In this document: piece by piece, positions 41,244-56,657 of the stretch
How the letters are laid out: each line of letters opens with the position of its first letter
Numbering within the stretch: the first letter of the stretch is position 1
Source: the human T2T-CHM13v2.0 reference genome, Homo sapiens
DNA length: 64,000 nucleotides
Direction: 5' to 3' (one strand)
Assembly: GCF_009914755.1 (NCBI RefSeq)
Contig: NC_060942.1
Notes under the pieces: generated by a model
Seen by the model: the letters and a program-made list of their open reading frames with translations, nothing else
Databases searched by the model: none
What the model was told of the DNA's origin: nothing
Made by a program: the position numbers and the translations under genes

Positions 41244-41584
41244 TGAATGCAACTGTTTAACTTCATTTTAAATTTCTTTTAGATTATATGTAGAATTGAG
41301 ATGTATTTGTCTATATTATTTTATATACTATAACTCTGATTAAATGATTTATTTTACTGAGTAATTGCTTCTACATGCCTTAGAATTTTGTGTGTGTAAA
41401 CGTCTATGTCATCTGTTATCAAATACAATTGTATTTTTTTTCCAATCTTGAGACCGTTAAAGATTTTCTTATTTTCTGTGCTGTCTTGTACTAATAATCC
41501 TTTGTTGAACAGAACGGTAAGAGCAGGCATCCTTTATTTGCTTCTGATCTTAGGAAAAAAACTGTTTAATATTTCACCCTTTTA

Positions 41585-41896
<312 letters not shown>

Positions 41897-42808
41897 TAAT
41901 TATAATGTTAGCAGTAGGTTTTCCATAGATAACTCTTACTGGAAGAGTAAGAGTTTTCTAGTTTTCTATGATAAATCTCAGCAAAAGCTTTCTTGGCATC
42001 TATTTCTAAAAACCCCTGTATTTTCTTCTTTCTTCTGTTAATATAGTGATAGTCTATTTTCTGGATATTAGAATAAATCTTTTCTAATCAACGCTCATTC
42101 CCACCCCTATTATGGTACAATCATCATTTTCCTGTCGTATTAGATTTGATTTGATGGTATTTAATTTTTTTGTTATAGATACTGTTCTGTAATTGCAATG
42201 ACATTTGGGGGCATCATAAGTCTTCTTGCAAGGTGTTCCTTCTTGTCCTATTTTTTGATAAAGGTTGCTGATCTACCCAGCTGCCCTTGTCTCTTACAGG
42301 CCAGAGCACTCATTCCATGGGCAGATGGTGCAGGCAGCTGGAGCTCTCGGCTGAGCCCCTCTCCAGCAATTTTCTTAGCCTGAAGAAGCCACCTTTCCCA
42401 AGACCTGTCACAACTAGTGCGATACTCAGGCATTTGAAGTATAGTATCTATGGCTGTTGAGGGCAATCCATACAGTAGACAAATGCTTTGAAAGCCTGAA
42501 AGAGAGTAATCATTTAGGGGCTCCATTTACAGCCAGTGATCCACCTGTTGTCATATGACTAGTCTAGCATGTCTCCAAGCTGAAGAGTAGTAAAAGTTGA
42601 TGATTCAGCCCAGAGGTGAATTACAAGAGTAGCAAAGATGCAGAAAAAGTTTAATTCTTAACAAAAAGAGCTCCCAGAGATCCATAAAACTGATTTCTTT
42701 TAGGAATATCCTATTCATTTTCTTTAAAGCAGTTCTGCCTCTAAAATCCAGACCAAATTGGTGCTAGGAAGGGTTTTGTGGAAGGAAACCTTAAAAACTG
42801 ATATTTGA

Positions 42809-43203
<395 letters not shown>

Positions 43204-43647
43204 CTAGGAGCACGTCATACAGTCGCGAAATAGTCACTTAATTTTATCAACTATAGATATAATGACATCAAATTATTAAAAGTAAAACATTTTAGGTGAC
43301 AATGTAGTTGTCACAGAATACTTTAATGAAAATAAGAAATATTATATAATTTATTAGTCGTTATTTCTTGTAAGAGAGGTCAGTTAAAAAATTTTCATCT
43401 CAGATCTTTGTCATCAATTCAATGTCCAAGTAAGAGACCAGAAAATTCTGTAATTAAAAAGAAACCCTGTCTCCTCCAGCCTTATGGTCAAAATTTGTAA
43501 AAATGAAATGCCAAATCCAATATTCTCAGTGGTTGAATTAAACACAAACAATTCACAATCTGTTATGTTAAAATTAGAACATTGGCTGGCTGGGAAGGAA
43601 TAAGACCTTTAATATGAAGACAGAGATACAAAGGCAGATTCCACTAA

Positions 43648-44064
<417 letters not shown>

Positions 44065-45354
44065 AGAAATCATCCACTCTTGAATGAAGAAATTGCAATC
44101 ACCACCACTACTCTAGTTGCCTTTCCAGGAAAATCTGATTCTCTTAAGGCCCCATCTTCACCATTTCTCATTGCTTCCTAAAACTCCATTAAATTTCACA
44201 CATAACCCAGAGGGTGAGGTATGTGTGACCTCTTAGCATGTGTGAAAAACACTAAATGAAATGTCTGTCAATATTATTGATAGAAATCTGGGGAACATTT
44301 ATGAAAATGGATCCTAAAATTGTTGGTCTGTGGTTAAAGAAATGTAATGAAATAGGAAGAAATTATTGAGATACAAGCTTACTAGGCAGGGGTTCTGGGT
44401 ACACTGGTTTAGTTAAAGATTCTGAGAGTGGTTATCATGGCTAGTTTGTTCAGTTGCCTGAAACTTGAATCCTAAAAAGGCTCAAATGCCAGTCTTAGTA
44501 TGTTGCAGAGGAAAATCCAGAGACTCATGAAGATTGGATTGCTAGACTAGACTTACTGTGTAAGATTTATTCATCCACACCCTAAATTCATCCCTCAGGC
44601 TGTTCATATGACATTTCCCCCATGAAGGCTGAGAGAGGTATACTCCTGGCAAGAGGCCCGGTATCCCTGAGGAATTCTAAGGTGACTCAAGTGTAAATAA
44701 GAACTGGTATTGGGAACTGCTGCCATCAAAGTAGGTTCTTTAAATTCTGTGGGGTTGATTGATTCTGGGGTTGCAAGGGCCAAGAAGTGACACTTTGTCA
44801 CCTACGGCAAGGTTGGCACAGCTACTCCAATGGGAATTGGGCCCACAGCCATGAAAAGCCAGTTCACTCTGGCTGGTTGGAACTCCCTAGTATCCCAGTC
44901 CTATGTGATCTCTGGACTCTGTTCAACTGCGAGCAACCTGGTTATTATTCACTTGCTTTATAAAATGTTCACATGATGCCTGCATGGCTTCATATTTACA
45001 CAAACAGAATCCAAGTGGCCCTATGTGGATTTCTTTCCAAATTCTAGCCACAGCAGCTTCTTGAACTCTGATCTCTGTCTCTTTACTCTGGAAAAAGGCA
45101 GCGCTCCTTTTGCAATAACCCTCCCTGAACTATGACCGAGACAGCCACTCCAAGGCACAGATGCAAGGCAACCCAAGATATTACCTTATTTGTTTGCCTT
45201 CCTTCAGGGACTATGGTGCTACACTGATAACTATCCAGTGTCTTAAGCAGTTGACACATATATCTGTCCAGTGTTTGAATTGTTTATGGAAGGCAATATA
45301 TGACCCAATTATTCCACCATGGCCATAAGCCGTACTGTCCATTTGGCCCTGGAC

Positions 45355-45468
45355 TTTCTTTTTTCCTTCCTTCCTTTCTTTCTTCCTTTTTTCCTTCCTT
45401 CCTCCTTCTTTCCTTTCTTCCTATTTTCCTTCCTTCCTCATTCTTTCCTTCCTTTCTTCCTTCCTTCC
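45355..45468. repeat. Imperfect (TTCC/TTTC)n polypyrimidine microsatellite
   Basis: About 110 bp almost entirely C/T on the + strand. Confidence 0.9.
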
Positions 45469-48400
45469 CAATTTCTCTGCTGAAGTTTATTGACTCTTCT
45501 CTGATTAAGATAGCATTTTACTTATCTGAACATATTTTTCTGTAATTCCTTGAATTCCTTTCAAATCGTAGTCTTCTAAATCCAGGATCTAGGCTATCTT
45601 GGGTTCAAATGGACTGTTTTGTAACTATACAGAGAGAACATTTTTCTCATCTTTGCTTTGTCTGGTGTTTTGTTTTGTTGTCAGATATATTTCTTAGTGG
45701 ATGATACAAAGTAAAGTACTTAGATACTATTATCTTTCTCAGAAGTTGATTCTAAATAAATTTGCAGATTATCAAATAAGAAAATGCACTCATTTATTCC
45801 TCCTTATGTAGTACATATTTAATCTGTATTCACATATATCTTTAAACACTATACATTTTAAAAATCAGTACATATGTTTTATAGCTTTGTTTTTTATATT
45901 TATTTTAAAACATAATATAATTTAAATGTTTAATTATTAAACAGTACTAATTCTATATATCCTATGGGAGTAAAAGATAATTTAAATCTACATTTATTAT
46001 GCTCAACTCAGTAGAGAATATTTTAAAAGCATAGGATTAAAAATTTTCCTGGATAGGGCATTATTATTTCTAAACATTGACATGACAAGGAACTTGTTAT
46101 ATTTGTAAATATTTGGCAAATTATAAATCACTATTGCCGAGTCTTAATGCGCATAGAAAATGAGGATAAATTGAGAAAACTGACTTTCAAATTTTTATCA
46201 TCAACTTTGGCTTTAATCATCATTTTCTCTTCTTTAGGCTTAATTTCTTATTTAATTTTTTGGCTAAATTAACAACAACAACAACAAAAAAAAAAAACAG
46301 TTGGGGAAGTTTTCTTATTGGCCGCAAAATATATTTGTATCTTTTCCCTCCAACTTGAGAAAAAGCGTGCAAAACATACCTCATGTTTTCAGTAAGGCCT
46401 AAGTCAGACTTTGCCTACCCTTTTCCTTTGAGCTCTATTGCTCCCGAATTTTATTCTGGTCTTCCAAGGAATGAGAAGTGGGACATGGCTTTAGGCTCTT
46501 TCAAAAATATCAGCCATATGGAAGTAACAAGAATCAAGAAGCTACAGGGAAACATTCTTTTTAAGAAGAGAAAGCTTTTACTTCCTTATTCTGAAAGCAT
46601 TTCCTTATAATTTTGGCAAAATATTATGCATCTAATTACTTAAATTTGCAGGTAACCCCTATGGGGCTCTGCATGGATAAGGACCAATCTTGAACTTGTT
46701 CTCACTGCTTGAACGTTAAGGCCAGTGAAGATCAGGAAGAGCTTATTGAGTTAAAGCACATGGTTGAGGCCCCAAATTATGACTGCAAATTTTTGCTGTG
46801 CCTCTTCTGTTCACATATCTCTTCTTGTATTATTGATGCTTTTCCACGCCAATAATTTACACAAACTAAGTGGAATTTATGGATCTATACTGTGGAATAA
46901 ATCAAACAGGATTTACTATTAGCTAATATAAATAAAACATTTGATTATTAATTTACATTTGAACTTATATGTCTCATTCATCATAGTATGCTACACAGAG
47001 GCTAAAATCATTTCTTGTACACAGTAGGTAATAACTGCATGCTTATCGCAGGATTTCAATAAAATGGGCCACTGATACTAGAAAACAGATTCAAATTTCA
47101 TTTAGTAAAGAGGATGCATTTTTATATAAAATGATACCTTCCTATAATTTTTCTTGAACTAGAATAAATTAAAACGACACAAACAAGAATCTGAAACTGG
47201 TAATTGAAGTTGATAACCAGATGAAATAAATAGTATTTATTTTGTGCTCAATATTCTCTGAAATTCTATCGTAGGGACTTTGGGATACTGCTTTTATATT
47301 TAGAAGGTTAATTTGACAGTGTTATCAAGTTAGATATCATTGAACAAAAATGAAATTTTATAATGTGAAGCAAGATGTTTTATAAAGCTTTAAATATAGT
47401 TTTTCATAACTGTTGCATAAGATTTGAGCAAATGTAAACTGATAAAAATGGAAGCAGAATATCTTACCATTCTTCCTAGGCATTAAATAACATTAAGTTC
47501 TGAATAATACAGATAAAGGATTTTAACTTTATTTCAACTTCTATACATGGATTTCCAAGCCAGCAGTCAAAAAAAGCCCTCATATTTTTTAACCTGAAAC
47601 CTGAAACCATGGAATGTATCATCCCAGATTTATTTAAATTTTTTACATTCTTCTAAAATTCAAACTTGTGAAATGTACTTTTCAGACTTGCTCACCCTTA
47701 GGTCGTCTGCCTGTAAGCACTGATAATGGAACTTTTTCCCTCTCCTATACATCACTTTTCTAGTCATTATTCCATTTTTTTCCCCTGACCAATCTGAGTT
47801 CCTCCACTTTCAGGCTAATCCTGATCCTTGTAGTGATCAAGACTTCCTCTTCATTGCTCTTCTTTTGTGGACAAGATCCTTCTTCCCCACATAAGTCATA
47901 AATGGATCCCATTTTACATACAGTAGATCGTAGTAAAACTCACTTAGAGCATGTGCTCTGAGTTCTTTCTTCCTTGGTTTAAATCCTATCTTGAACAATT
48001 ACTCCTGTTTGGGCTATTTGTTAATTATTTAAACTTGTTAAATCTCATTTGTTTTTTCATTACTAAAAGAGAATTTACATTATAGGGCTACCAAACAATC
48101 GATAAGATTAAAAGGCAATTAGATTCATATTTGGAATACAATGATCCCTCAAAAGCCATTAACAATTATAATAATTAAGAAATAAACATATATTTTATAT
48201 CTATTTTATTAAGAAAGTGAAGTTTCTACTGTTAAAAATATTACCTATGAGTTCTCTAGGCATTTCTGAAAATTGTTGAAAACTTTCATCATAAAACATT
48301 AACATTTTATATTCCAACTAAAAATCAAAGTGCAATTATCAAGATTTAACATAGGCATCATGTTAAACAACAGTTACTATGTTTTCCTTACTGTCATACT

Positions 48401-48729
48401 AGTCCAAGTGTATGTTTTGAGTAGACAAGGACAGAGGTTTTAAACTTTGTAAGTTTTCTTTTATGTCTTCACCTCTCATAAGGCACATACTATATGAGAG
48501 CAAATATTCACTAGCGCTAATAAAAAGTTGTCTTCAAGCAACAAATAAGTCCACTTCATTATTTAAATGAAGTATTTAAAAAATTATAGGTTTTAGAAGC
48601 AGTTACATTAAATTCAATGAGAAAATTCTAGGATGTATCAAGCAAAAATTCAACGTTTACAAATAAGACACCAACTTAACTAGTTTCTATGGATAGTGCA
48701 TATTTTTTCTTTGAAAATTCAATATGACA

Positions 48730-49460
48730 GACACATTCAAATTTAGCTTGAACTTCTCTCCTGAACTCTAGACTAAAGTATCCAATTCTGCATTCAACCT
48801 TTTCACTTGAATGTTCAGTGAGCCACACAAATGTCACATGCCTCATCTCATTTCTGAGTATTCCCTCTGGCCATTGTTCAAGCTACTGGTTAGATCATAT
48901 CCGACTTACGTCATTCTTTCACACACCACATCCTAATCAAATCATGTCTGCAAATCCTCCCATTTTCACTCAGAGCGAAACTCCAACTCCATGCAATTAT
49001 CCCTGTGTTCCTCCATGATATGCCCTTAATTCCTTACGTCGCTACCTTCCACTGTCCTACCACACTGTCGTGGCCACTCCATGCATCCTGGTTACACCCG
49101 CAACAGATAATTTTTCTACTTCAAGATCTTTGCATTTGTCTTCTCTTCCTGCACTCTTCCTGGTCAGTACTCTCCATGACTTCGTGCCTCACATTTGTTT
49201 TCCTTTGTCCAAATATTACCTATTCAATGACTTCTTCTTGATCAACCAGTTAAAATTTTAAGCCCAATTAGAAATTTATCACCTTCATACTTGATTATCC
49301 TCATATCACTTGGCAATATCTGATTGTTTTAAAATTATTTGTTTATTGTCTATCTTGTCATTAGAATTTTAAAAAGAAAGAAAAGAGATGCTTTGTTTGT
49401 TTTATTGGCTGCTATATACACTGTGGCTGGATACTTAATAAATAGTTAAGTGAATAATTA
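48730..49460. mobile_element. L2 3' fragment
   Basis: cttctctcctgaactctagact...tatccaattc, tttgcatttgtc, tttgtttattgtctatct, acttaataaatagttaagtgaat. Confidence 0.65.
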
Positions 49461-50938
49461 TCAATTATTTGCAGATGAGAGGATACAGACACATATAAAA
49501 ATTCCAGTAGTTATCTTCTTTTGAGCGTCCAGAAAGAAAGGAAAGGTGTCCTGTGAAGTTAGCATTTTTGAATAAGACAAGTATTTCCTACAAGTGCAAG
49601 AGTGTAAGTTTCTCTTTCTCTCTTTCCTCTCATTATCATTTTAGGATGGGAAGTTCTAAAGAGGTTTATTACCTAAATTAGATAACGTCTGTGTGTGTGT
49701 CTGCACACACCTGTGTGTGAGTGTGTGTCTGCCTGTGTGTGAGAGAAAGTGCATGCAAATGTGTATGTGCGTATGGCTCATTTATTTCAATGGAAAAATT
49801 GCTCAGCCATTAACTTTATGGTGTCAGTATACAAATCACCTATGAATTGTTTGGTATATCATACTCATGAAATACTTTTTAAAGTAATTATAGATTTTAG
49901 GCTTTATAAATCACACAAGATGGCTCCAAGATTGTTCATTGTTGCACAATCCATCTCCAACTTTCCACTTTCTTGAACAGATAATCATAGTCAATTGCCT
50001 CATTCCTTATTTTCTCCTTCATTTCTGTTTCTTCCACTCCCTTCCCTCCGTCTTTCCCTTCCTTCTTTTTTGTCTTATTCTCCTTCTCTAATCTAACAAT
50101 ATTCATTTGAAAACTACCAAGTATTTCTACAAAAGCACATAAAAAGGAATAAAATAATTTAATCATTGTTTCAACCTTCTCATACTTTTCTTGATCAAGA
50201 TGTAACGGGATATTCAACAATTTAATATTTTAGCTAAAGTTGAAATAATTTTTTGCACTTAACGATTAGATTGGATTTTTCATCTACAACTAATTAAAGC
50301 CTAAATTAGATTTAAAAAGAATCTAGAGGAATATTTCTTCACTGTGATTCAGGATGATGTATTCTTGTTTTAAGCTGGCATACAGAAAAGATGGTATTCC
50401 TTTAAACTGACAGTGTGAATGTGAGCTAAAGAGACAAAAAGTATTCACATTAAGCTTGCGGAGAAAGAGTAATCCAAAGAGTTTCACTGAAAGCAGACAA
50501 GAAACTATCTACTGACTAACTGGTTTATATGATTTTCACAATTTGAATGTTGTGACCAAAATACTGAATATTTTAGTATTTACTGTTACAAAGGAAATAT
50601 GTAACAATTAAGTTTGACTTTCAAATACATTTTTGTGTTTACATTTAAAACATAAGGAAAAATTAGATTTTATATTTAATTCTTCATAAGTCTATCATTA
50701 AGAATATAAGGCACAAATTAATAGCTAATTGCAGACTACCAATTTCTAAAGCCAAAGAAAATAAGAAAAACAGATTTTCTAACTTAAAATAAATTTTAAA
50801 AAGTTAAAGGAGGAGATGGAGGCATGTGTTTACATATTTGGACAAAGACTTACAATGATATATGTCTTTCTATGATATAAGCTACAATAATTACAGATGG
50901 TTAACTCCAAAACCAAAAATAAATGATTATGCAAAGTA

Positions 50939-51265
50939 CAATTGTCTCTCAGTATCCAAGGGAATTTATTTCTAAGACCCTCTGCAGATAATCTGATGAT
51001 ACTCAAGTCCTTTTATAAAACGGCATGGTATTCCTGTGTACATCCTCCTGTATACTTTAAATCATCTCTAGATTACCTATAATATGTAATAAAATGTAAA
51101 TGCCATGCAAATAGTTGGTACACTGTATTATTTAGGGAATAATAGCAAGGAAAAATAGTATCTACATGTTCAGTATAGACATGACCATCATAAGCCTAAC
51201 TACATTTTCTATCCACAATTAGTTGAATCTTTGATGTGGAATCTGTGGATATGAAGGGCCAACTG
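50939..51265. mobile_element. MER2 (Tigger-derived) DNA transposon MITE
   Basis: Decayed terminal inverted repeats caattgtctctcagtatcca / tggatatgaagggccaactg with TA on both sides; internal tactttaaatcatctctagattac. Confidence 0.9.
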
Positions 51266-51605
51266 TATTACAAGGAGTAAATAATTATTTTTCTCTAATG
51301 ACAACACTACCTTCCCATAATCCACTTATAAATATGTTTTTTTTTATTTAATGCTACATAACTTTTCAGGTCTCAATTGTCTTGTTAGAAGTAAAATAGA
51401 ATTTTGCTATTCTTGCTGAATAGATGGAATAATGCGTTTCAGAATAAGGTATCATAAAACTAAGGTAATAAAATTACTAGGTATACTACTAATACAACAA
51501 AGCAATATAAACTACGAATGGTTGGTTTACTTTCCCAAAAGAAATCACAGTATCACATGTGGATTTACAAAAATTTTTAAATGTTTCCCTTCCATAATTG
51601 AAATT

Positions 51606-51648
51606 GTGTGTGTGTGTGTGTGTGTTTGTGTGTGTGTTTGTGTGTGTG
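51606..51648. repeat. (TG)n microsatellite, interrupted
   Basis: About 21 dinucleotides with two TT interruptions. Confidence 0.95.
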
Positions 51649-53753
51649 TATAACTTTTTTCCTCTTGGGGACATAATTATCATAAAGCCAACTCTGAAAG
51701 CATTTTTTCTAGTGTTTCACCTGCCACACCATAAGCTCTATCAGTGAGCCAAAAATAAATAACCTAAACCTTTTATAATAGCTGTCACTAGAAAGCTAAA
51801 AAAAGTCACCATTCATCTTACTCATAGTCATTTTACCCTTTAGCAGATGTGTTCTTTGAAAAAATTTATTGGCCTTATGAATAAAGATTAGCACTACTCT
51901 GTTCAACTCTGTTGGGAAGAATATTATTCTACTGTAAATGGACACACCATTCAGTGAAATGAATGTTTAAAAAGGGAAAAAGCATATTCTTTGAACTAAG
52001 CTTTCTGAATACAATGTGGAATTGGCTTTCTCAGGGATATTTAATGAATATGTAATATTCATCACCATTCACATCTGTAAATATGTGCATAAAAGAGAAT
52101 TAAATTTTCAATTATAATGTTATACTGAGCAACTCATAACTGAATTTAATAACATTTATAGTTACAAAGATATTTATATGCATATTATTTGTTTTAATAT
52201 TTATTTTTCAGTTATAATAGTTTCTCAACACCCATACATATTTACACATGTATGACTCATAAAGAATTATAAACAGCTCCCCTTCTTTTAATTCCAAGAA
52301 TAAAGGTATATGTTGAAACATAAAATTGTAATTGTTTTTGGAATATTAAGTATACTGTATCCTCATCACTCAACTACATTTATTTTGAAAGTCATTAGTC
52401 ATTTACAATTTCATATGTAAACTGGGTGGCTCGGGTAACCAGGAGAGTGTTCATCTCCACTGTTTAGCCCCTTCTCTTCTGTAGACATTCAATAGTGTGG
52501 CAAAGAAGTGAACTCCTGTAAGGATATGTGTACCATTTTAATTGCATATGCATAAAAATAATTAAATACATTTAGTATATGATCACGTAAATATGTGTAC
52601 TTCCCCATTAAAAATATATTAATAATTTTAAGTTTTTAACAATCACCAATTAGGAAATGCTAATTTATGTATAACATGATGCACACATTTTGTAAATAGG
52701 TTTTCAGACCAAGGTTTTTAGCTTAAAAGCTAGAGACAATTGAAAGAAGGAAAATAATCTACCTTCGGCTTTCTTTGTCTGTGAGCATTAAATAACATGG
52801 AAAAAACAGAAAACATTTGATTTTCCAATATCTGCTTCATTCTTTTATGATGAGTAAGAGAGGTGAATTTTTTTCTTGAAGTATTTTATAGCCAAAAAAA
52901 GACTTGTAACTGATTCTAATTAACGTTCATGCCAAGGACAGTGAACTGAACTGAAAACACACAAGTTCCTGACCTGGCTAAAAGGGTAAGGTGTCTTAGA
53001 TGGCTTCCCAGGGATTGTGGAGCATGAAAAACTGTGTAATCTGCTAGTTTCTCTCTCTCTAATAGAGATATGCATTGGAGTTATACGCTAGGACATCGAA
53101 CAAGTTTTAGGTCTTTCCCTTACAATTGCACTTCAGATGTTAATAGAGTTAATAAGGGAAATTGCTTTACTGTATGTTTAAATATTTTAAAAAGCATTAC
53201 AGTGAGATAAAGTTACTTTTCTCTGTAGAAGATGTATGAGTTAGCCACAAAAATAATATAACTTTTTTCAATTTGGAACCATGTTACCCAATTAAACAAT
53301 ACTTCATATAGAGCTTGAGGTATTTCGACTTCAGCACAGAGTTTGTTTTCACGTGAGAAGGTTCCTGAAAGTTTGTAAACACTTCAAGGTCTTTTTCAAG
53401 GTCTTCATGCATCACATCAATTACCTGTAATTTTTTATCTGTAACTTATTATATCTGAGGCTAATTTGCATTACTCTACATTTGTCAACGTTAAATTTCA
53501 TTTGCCACATGTCAGCCTATTTAAGCAGCAAATTCAAAATGTATTGTAATACATTAGATGTAATTTGAGCATCACTATTTAATAATTTTCCCCCATCTCC
53601 AAATTGAAATGTCCAAGCATGTCAAGAAAAAGCTGTCAAATTTCCTTTATTACACTAAAACGAAAAAATGGGAGGAAAAAAATATAATTTGTATCAGAAT
53701 GCCTTTGATTGAAAATATTTGTGCTTGTAGATTTAAAAAAAACTAGCCACACT

Positions 53754-54660
53754 ATCATTTCGTTGAACAGTGGTTTGTAGCTCTCCCTGAAGAGGTCCTT
53801 CACATCCCTCGTAAGTTGGATTCCTAGGTATTTTATTCTCATTGGAGCAATTGTGAATAGGAAGACATTCAGGCAGCCAACAGAAACATGAAAAAAAAAT
53901 GCTCATCATCACTGGTCATCAGAGAAATGCAAATCAAAACCACAATGAGATACCATCTTATGCCAGTTAGAAAGGTGATCATTAAAAAGTCAGGCAACAA
54001 CAGATGCTGGAGAGGATATGGAGAAATAGGAATGCTTTTACACTGTTGGTGGGAGTGTAATGTAGTTCAACCATTGTGGAAGACAGTGTGGTGGTTCCTC
54101 AAGGATCTAGAAGTAGAAATACAATTTGACCCAGCCATCCCATTACTGGGTATATACCCAAAGGATTATAAATCATGCTACTATAAAGACACATGCACAC
54201 ATATGTTTACTGCAGCACTATTCACAATAGCAAAGACTTGAAACCAACCCAAATGTCCATCAATGATAGATTGGATTAAGAAAACGTGGCACATATACAC
54301 CATGGAATTCTATGCAGCCATAAAAAGGGATGAGTTCATGTCCTTTGTAGGGACATGGATGAAGGTGGAAACCATCATTCTCAGCAAACTATCAGAAGGA
54401 CAGAAAACCAAACACCGCATGTTCTCACTCATAGATGGGAATTGAACAAGGAGAACACATGGACACAGGGCGGGGAACATCACACACCGGGGCCTGCCGG
54501 GCGGTGGGGGGTTGGCAGAGGGATAGCATCAGGAGAAATATCTAATGTAAATGACAAGTTGAGGGGTACAGCAAACCAACATGGCACATGTACACCTGTG
54601 TAACAAATCTGCATGTTGTGCACATATACCCTAGAACTTAAAGCATAATAATAATAATAA
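53754..54660 (+). mobile_element. L1PA6/7-like element with 5' inversion (inverted 53754-53862, forward 53861-54660)
   Basis: Minus-strand [16 protein letters not shown] joined to the plus-strand ORF2 C-terminus and 3' UTR; TSD aaactagccacact / aaaccagccacact. Confidence 0.93.
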
Positions 54661-55424
54661 ACCAGCCACACTTGTTTTTTATTTTAAGTTTCAGTTTCAA
54701 TTTGGCAACATTATTTTTAAGATACCAGGTCTGAGGAGAAATCACAAGCAGTTAATATTTACTGGTAACATTAAAGAAATTGGTAAAATAACAATTGACA
54801 AGTTTGAAGTATTAAGCCTACAAATAAATAGAATAAATTATCATTAGTATCAGTAAATTTTTACATTTAAAGCTTTTTTCAATTACACTTAAGTAAATCA
54901 AGTAATTTGCTATTAAAGGAAAATATAAACATAGCCATTGAGAAAAAAATATAACAAAATTAAAGAAAAATACAAATCAGGAAGATTTGATTTTATGCAG
55001 CTAAAGTCTTAAAAAAATCACTAATATTTATAAAGCTGCTTTCAATATTTGCAGATTTTAAGGAGTAAGATTTCCAAATAATTGGAAAATGAACTCATAA
55101 CATATCATGCCTATGTGAATATCCTGATTGCAGTTTAAAGCTATTTTTAAATGTAAAATATTTATAGAAGAATATGTCATTGTCTTACTGCAGGAGGAGC
55201 CAGTATTGATAGAATGTTCTTGGAATGAGTCTGAGCTAATACATTTAAAAGATTAAGAAAATCTATAAAAATATGTCATCATTTTGGAAGAATTGCCAAG
55301 TAACCAGAGTTATTCTCAAATAAAGTACATGCACTCAATATAAATTTTCTGAAGCTTAGTTGTATATTTTAGGGATTATTAAATTTTGATCAGAGGTGAA
55401 TAAAAACATATTATAGCAATATAT

Positions 55425-55965
55425 ATCTTCCCAAAAGAATTGAAAGCAGGAACTTGAACAGATATTTTTTACACCCATGTTCATAGCAGCATTATCCACA
55501 ATAGCCAAAAGGTAGGAGCAAACCAAATGTATATCGGCAAATGAATGGATATACTATAAATATATGTAAATGAATATTATGAATACAAGAATACTATTTA
55601 GCCCTAAAAAGGGAGAGAATTCTGACACTTCCTACATGGATGAACCTTGAAGACAATATGCTAAGTGAAATAAGCCAGTAAGAAAAGGAAAATGCTGCAT
55701 GATTCCACTTAAATGAGGAAATGAGACGAAACAAATTCATAGAGACAGACAGTAAAACGTCAGATGCCAGTTACTGGGAATATGGTGGAATTGAGAGTTG
55801 TTGAATAGGTACAGAGTTTCAGTTTTGTATGATAAAGAAAGTTCTAGTGGTGGACAGCGATGATGGTTGCACAGCAAAGTGAATATACTTCATGCCACTG
55901 AACTGTACATTTAAAACAAATTAAAATGGCAAAGTTGAGGTCATGTATATTTTGCCACAAATGAA
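55425..55965 (+). mobile_element. L1MB 3' end
   Basis: cccaaaagaattgaaagcagg, acatggatgaaccttgaagaca, ggtacagagtttcagttt, gccactgaactgtaca. Confidence 0.88.
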
Positions 55966-56073
55966 AATATATATAATCTATCTATATCTATATTTAATAG
56001 TTTTATCAGTTTACTTTATGGTAGCTTAATATTTGAGTATTGTACTGTTAGATATGCTATGTATTTCATATTA

Positions 56074-56657
56074 TTAGGTTGGTGCAAAAGTAATTCGCGT
56101 TTTTCGCATTGTTGAAATTTGCTGCTTGATACTGGAATACCTTCTTAAGCAAATGTGGTTATGTTATATATCATTTCTCGCTTTATATTTTTGCTAATTA
56201 CTTATTACTTGCTGTTTATTTTATATTTACTTTAGGCTATGGAAACAATGATAGACAATACCCAAATGTGAACAATTTTCTTATTAGAGTTCAAAATGGG
56301 TCGTAAAGCAGCAGAGACAAGTCGCAATATCAACAACACATGTGGCCCAGAAACTGCAAATGAATGTACAGTGCAGTGGTGGTTCTAGAAGTTTTGCAGA
56401 GGAGACAAGAGCCTTGAAGATAAGGAGCATAGTGGCTGGCCATCAGAAGTTGACAATGACCAACTGAGAGCAATCATCGAAGCTGATCCTCTTACAACTA
56501 CATGAGAAGTTACCGAAGAATTCAACACTGACCATTCTATGCTCGATCAGCATTTAAAGCAGATTGGAAAGGTGGAAAAGCTCAGTAAGTGGGCACCTCA
56601 TGAGCTGAGCAAAAATTTAAAAAATGGTCATTTTGAAGCATCAAAGTCTTCTCTTAT
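56074..56657 (+). mobile_element. Hsmar1 mariner, 5' ITR plus N-terminal transposase pseudogene (3'-truncated)
   Basis: TA + ITR ttaggttggtgcaaaagtaatt; frame from ATG 56239 reads ...IFLLEFKMGRKAAETSRNIN...EVDNDQLRAIIEADPLTT...HLKQIGKVEKLSKWAPHEL with three in-frame stops. Confidence 0.95.
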
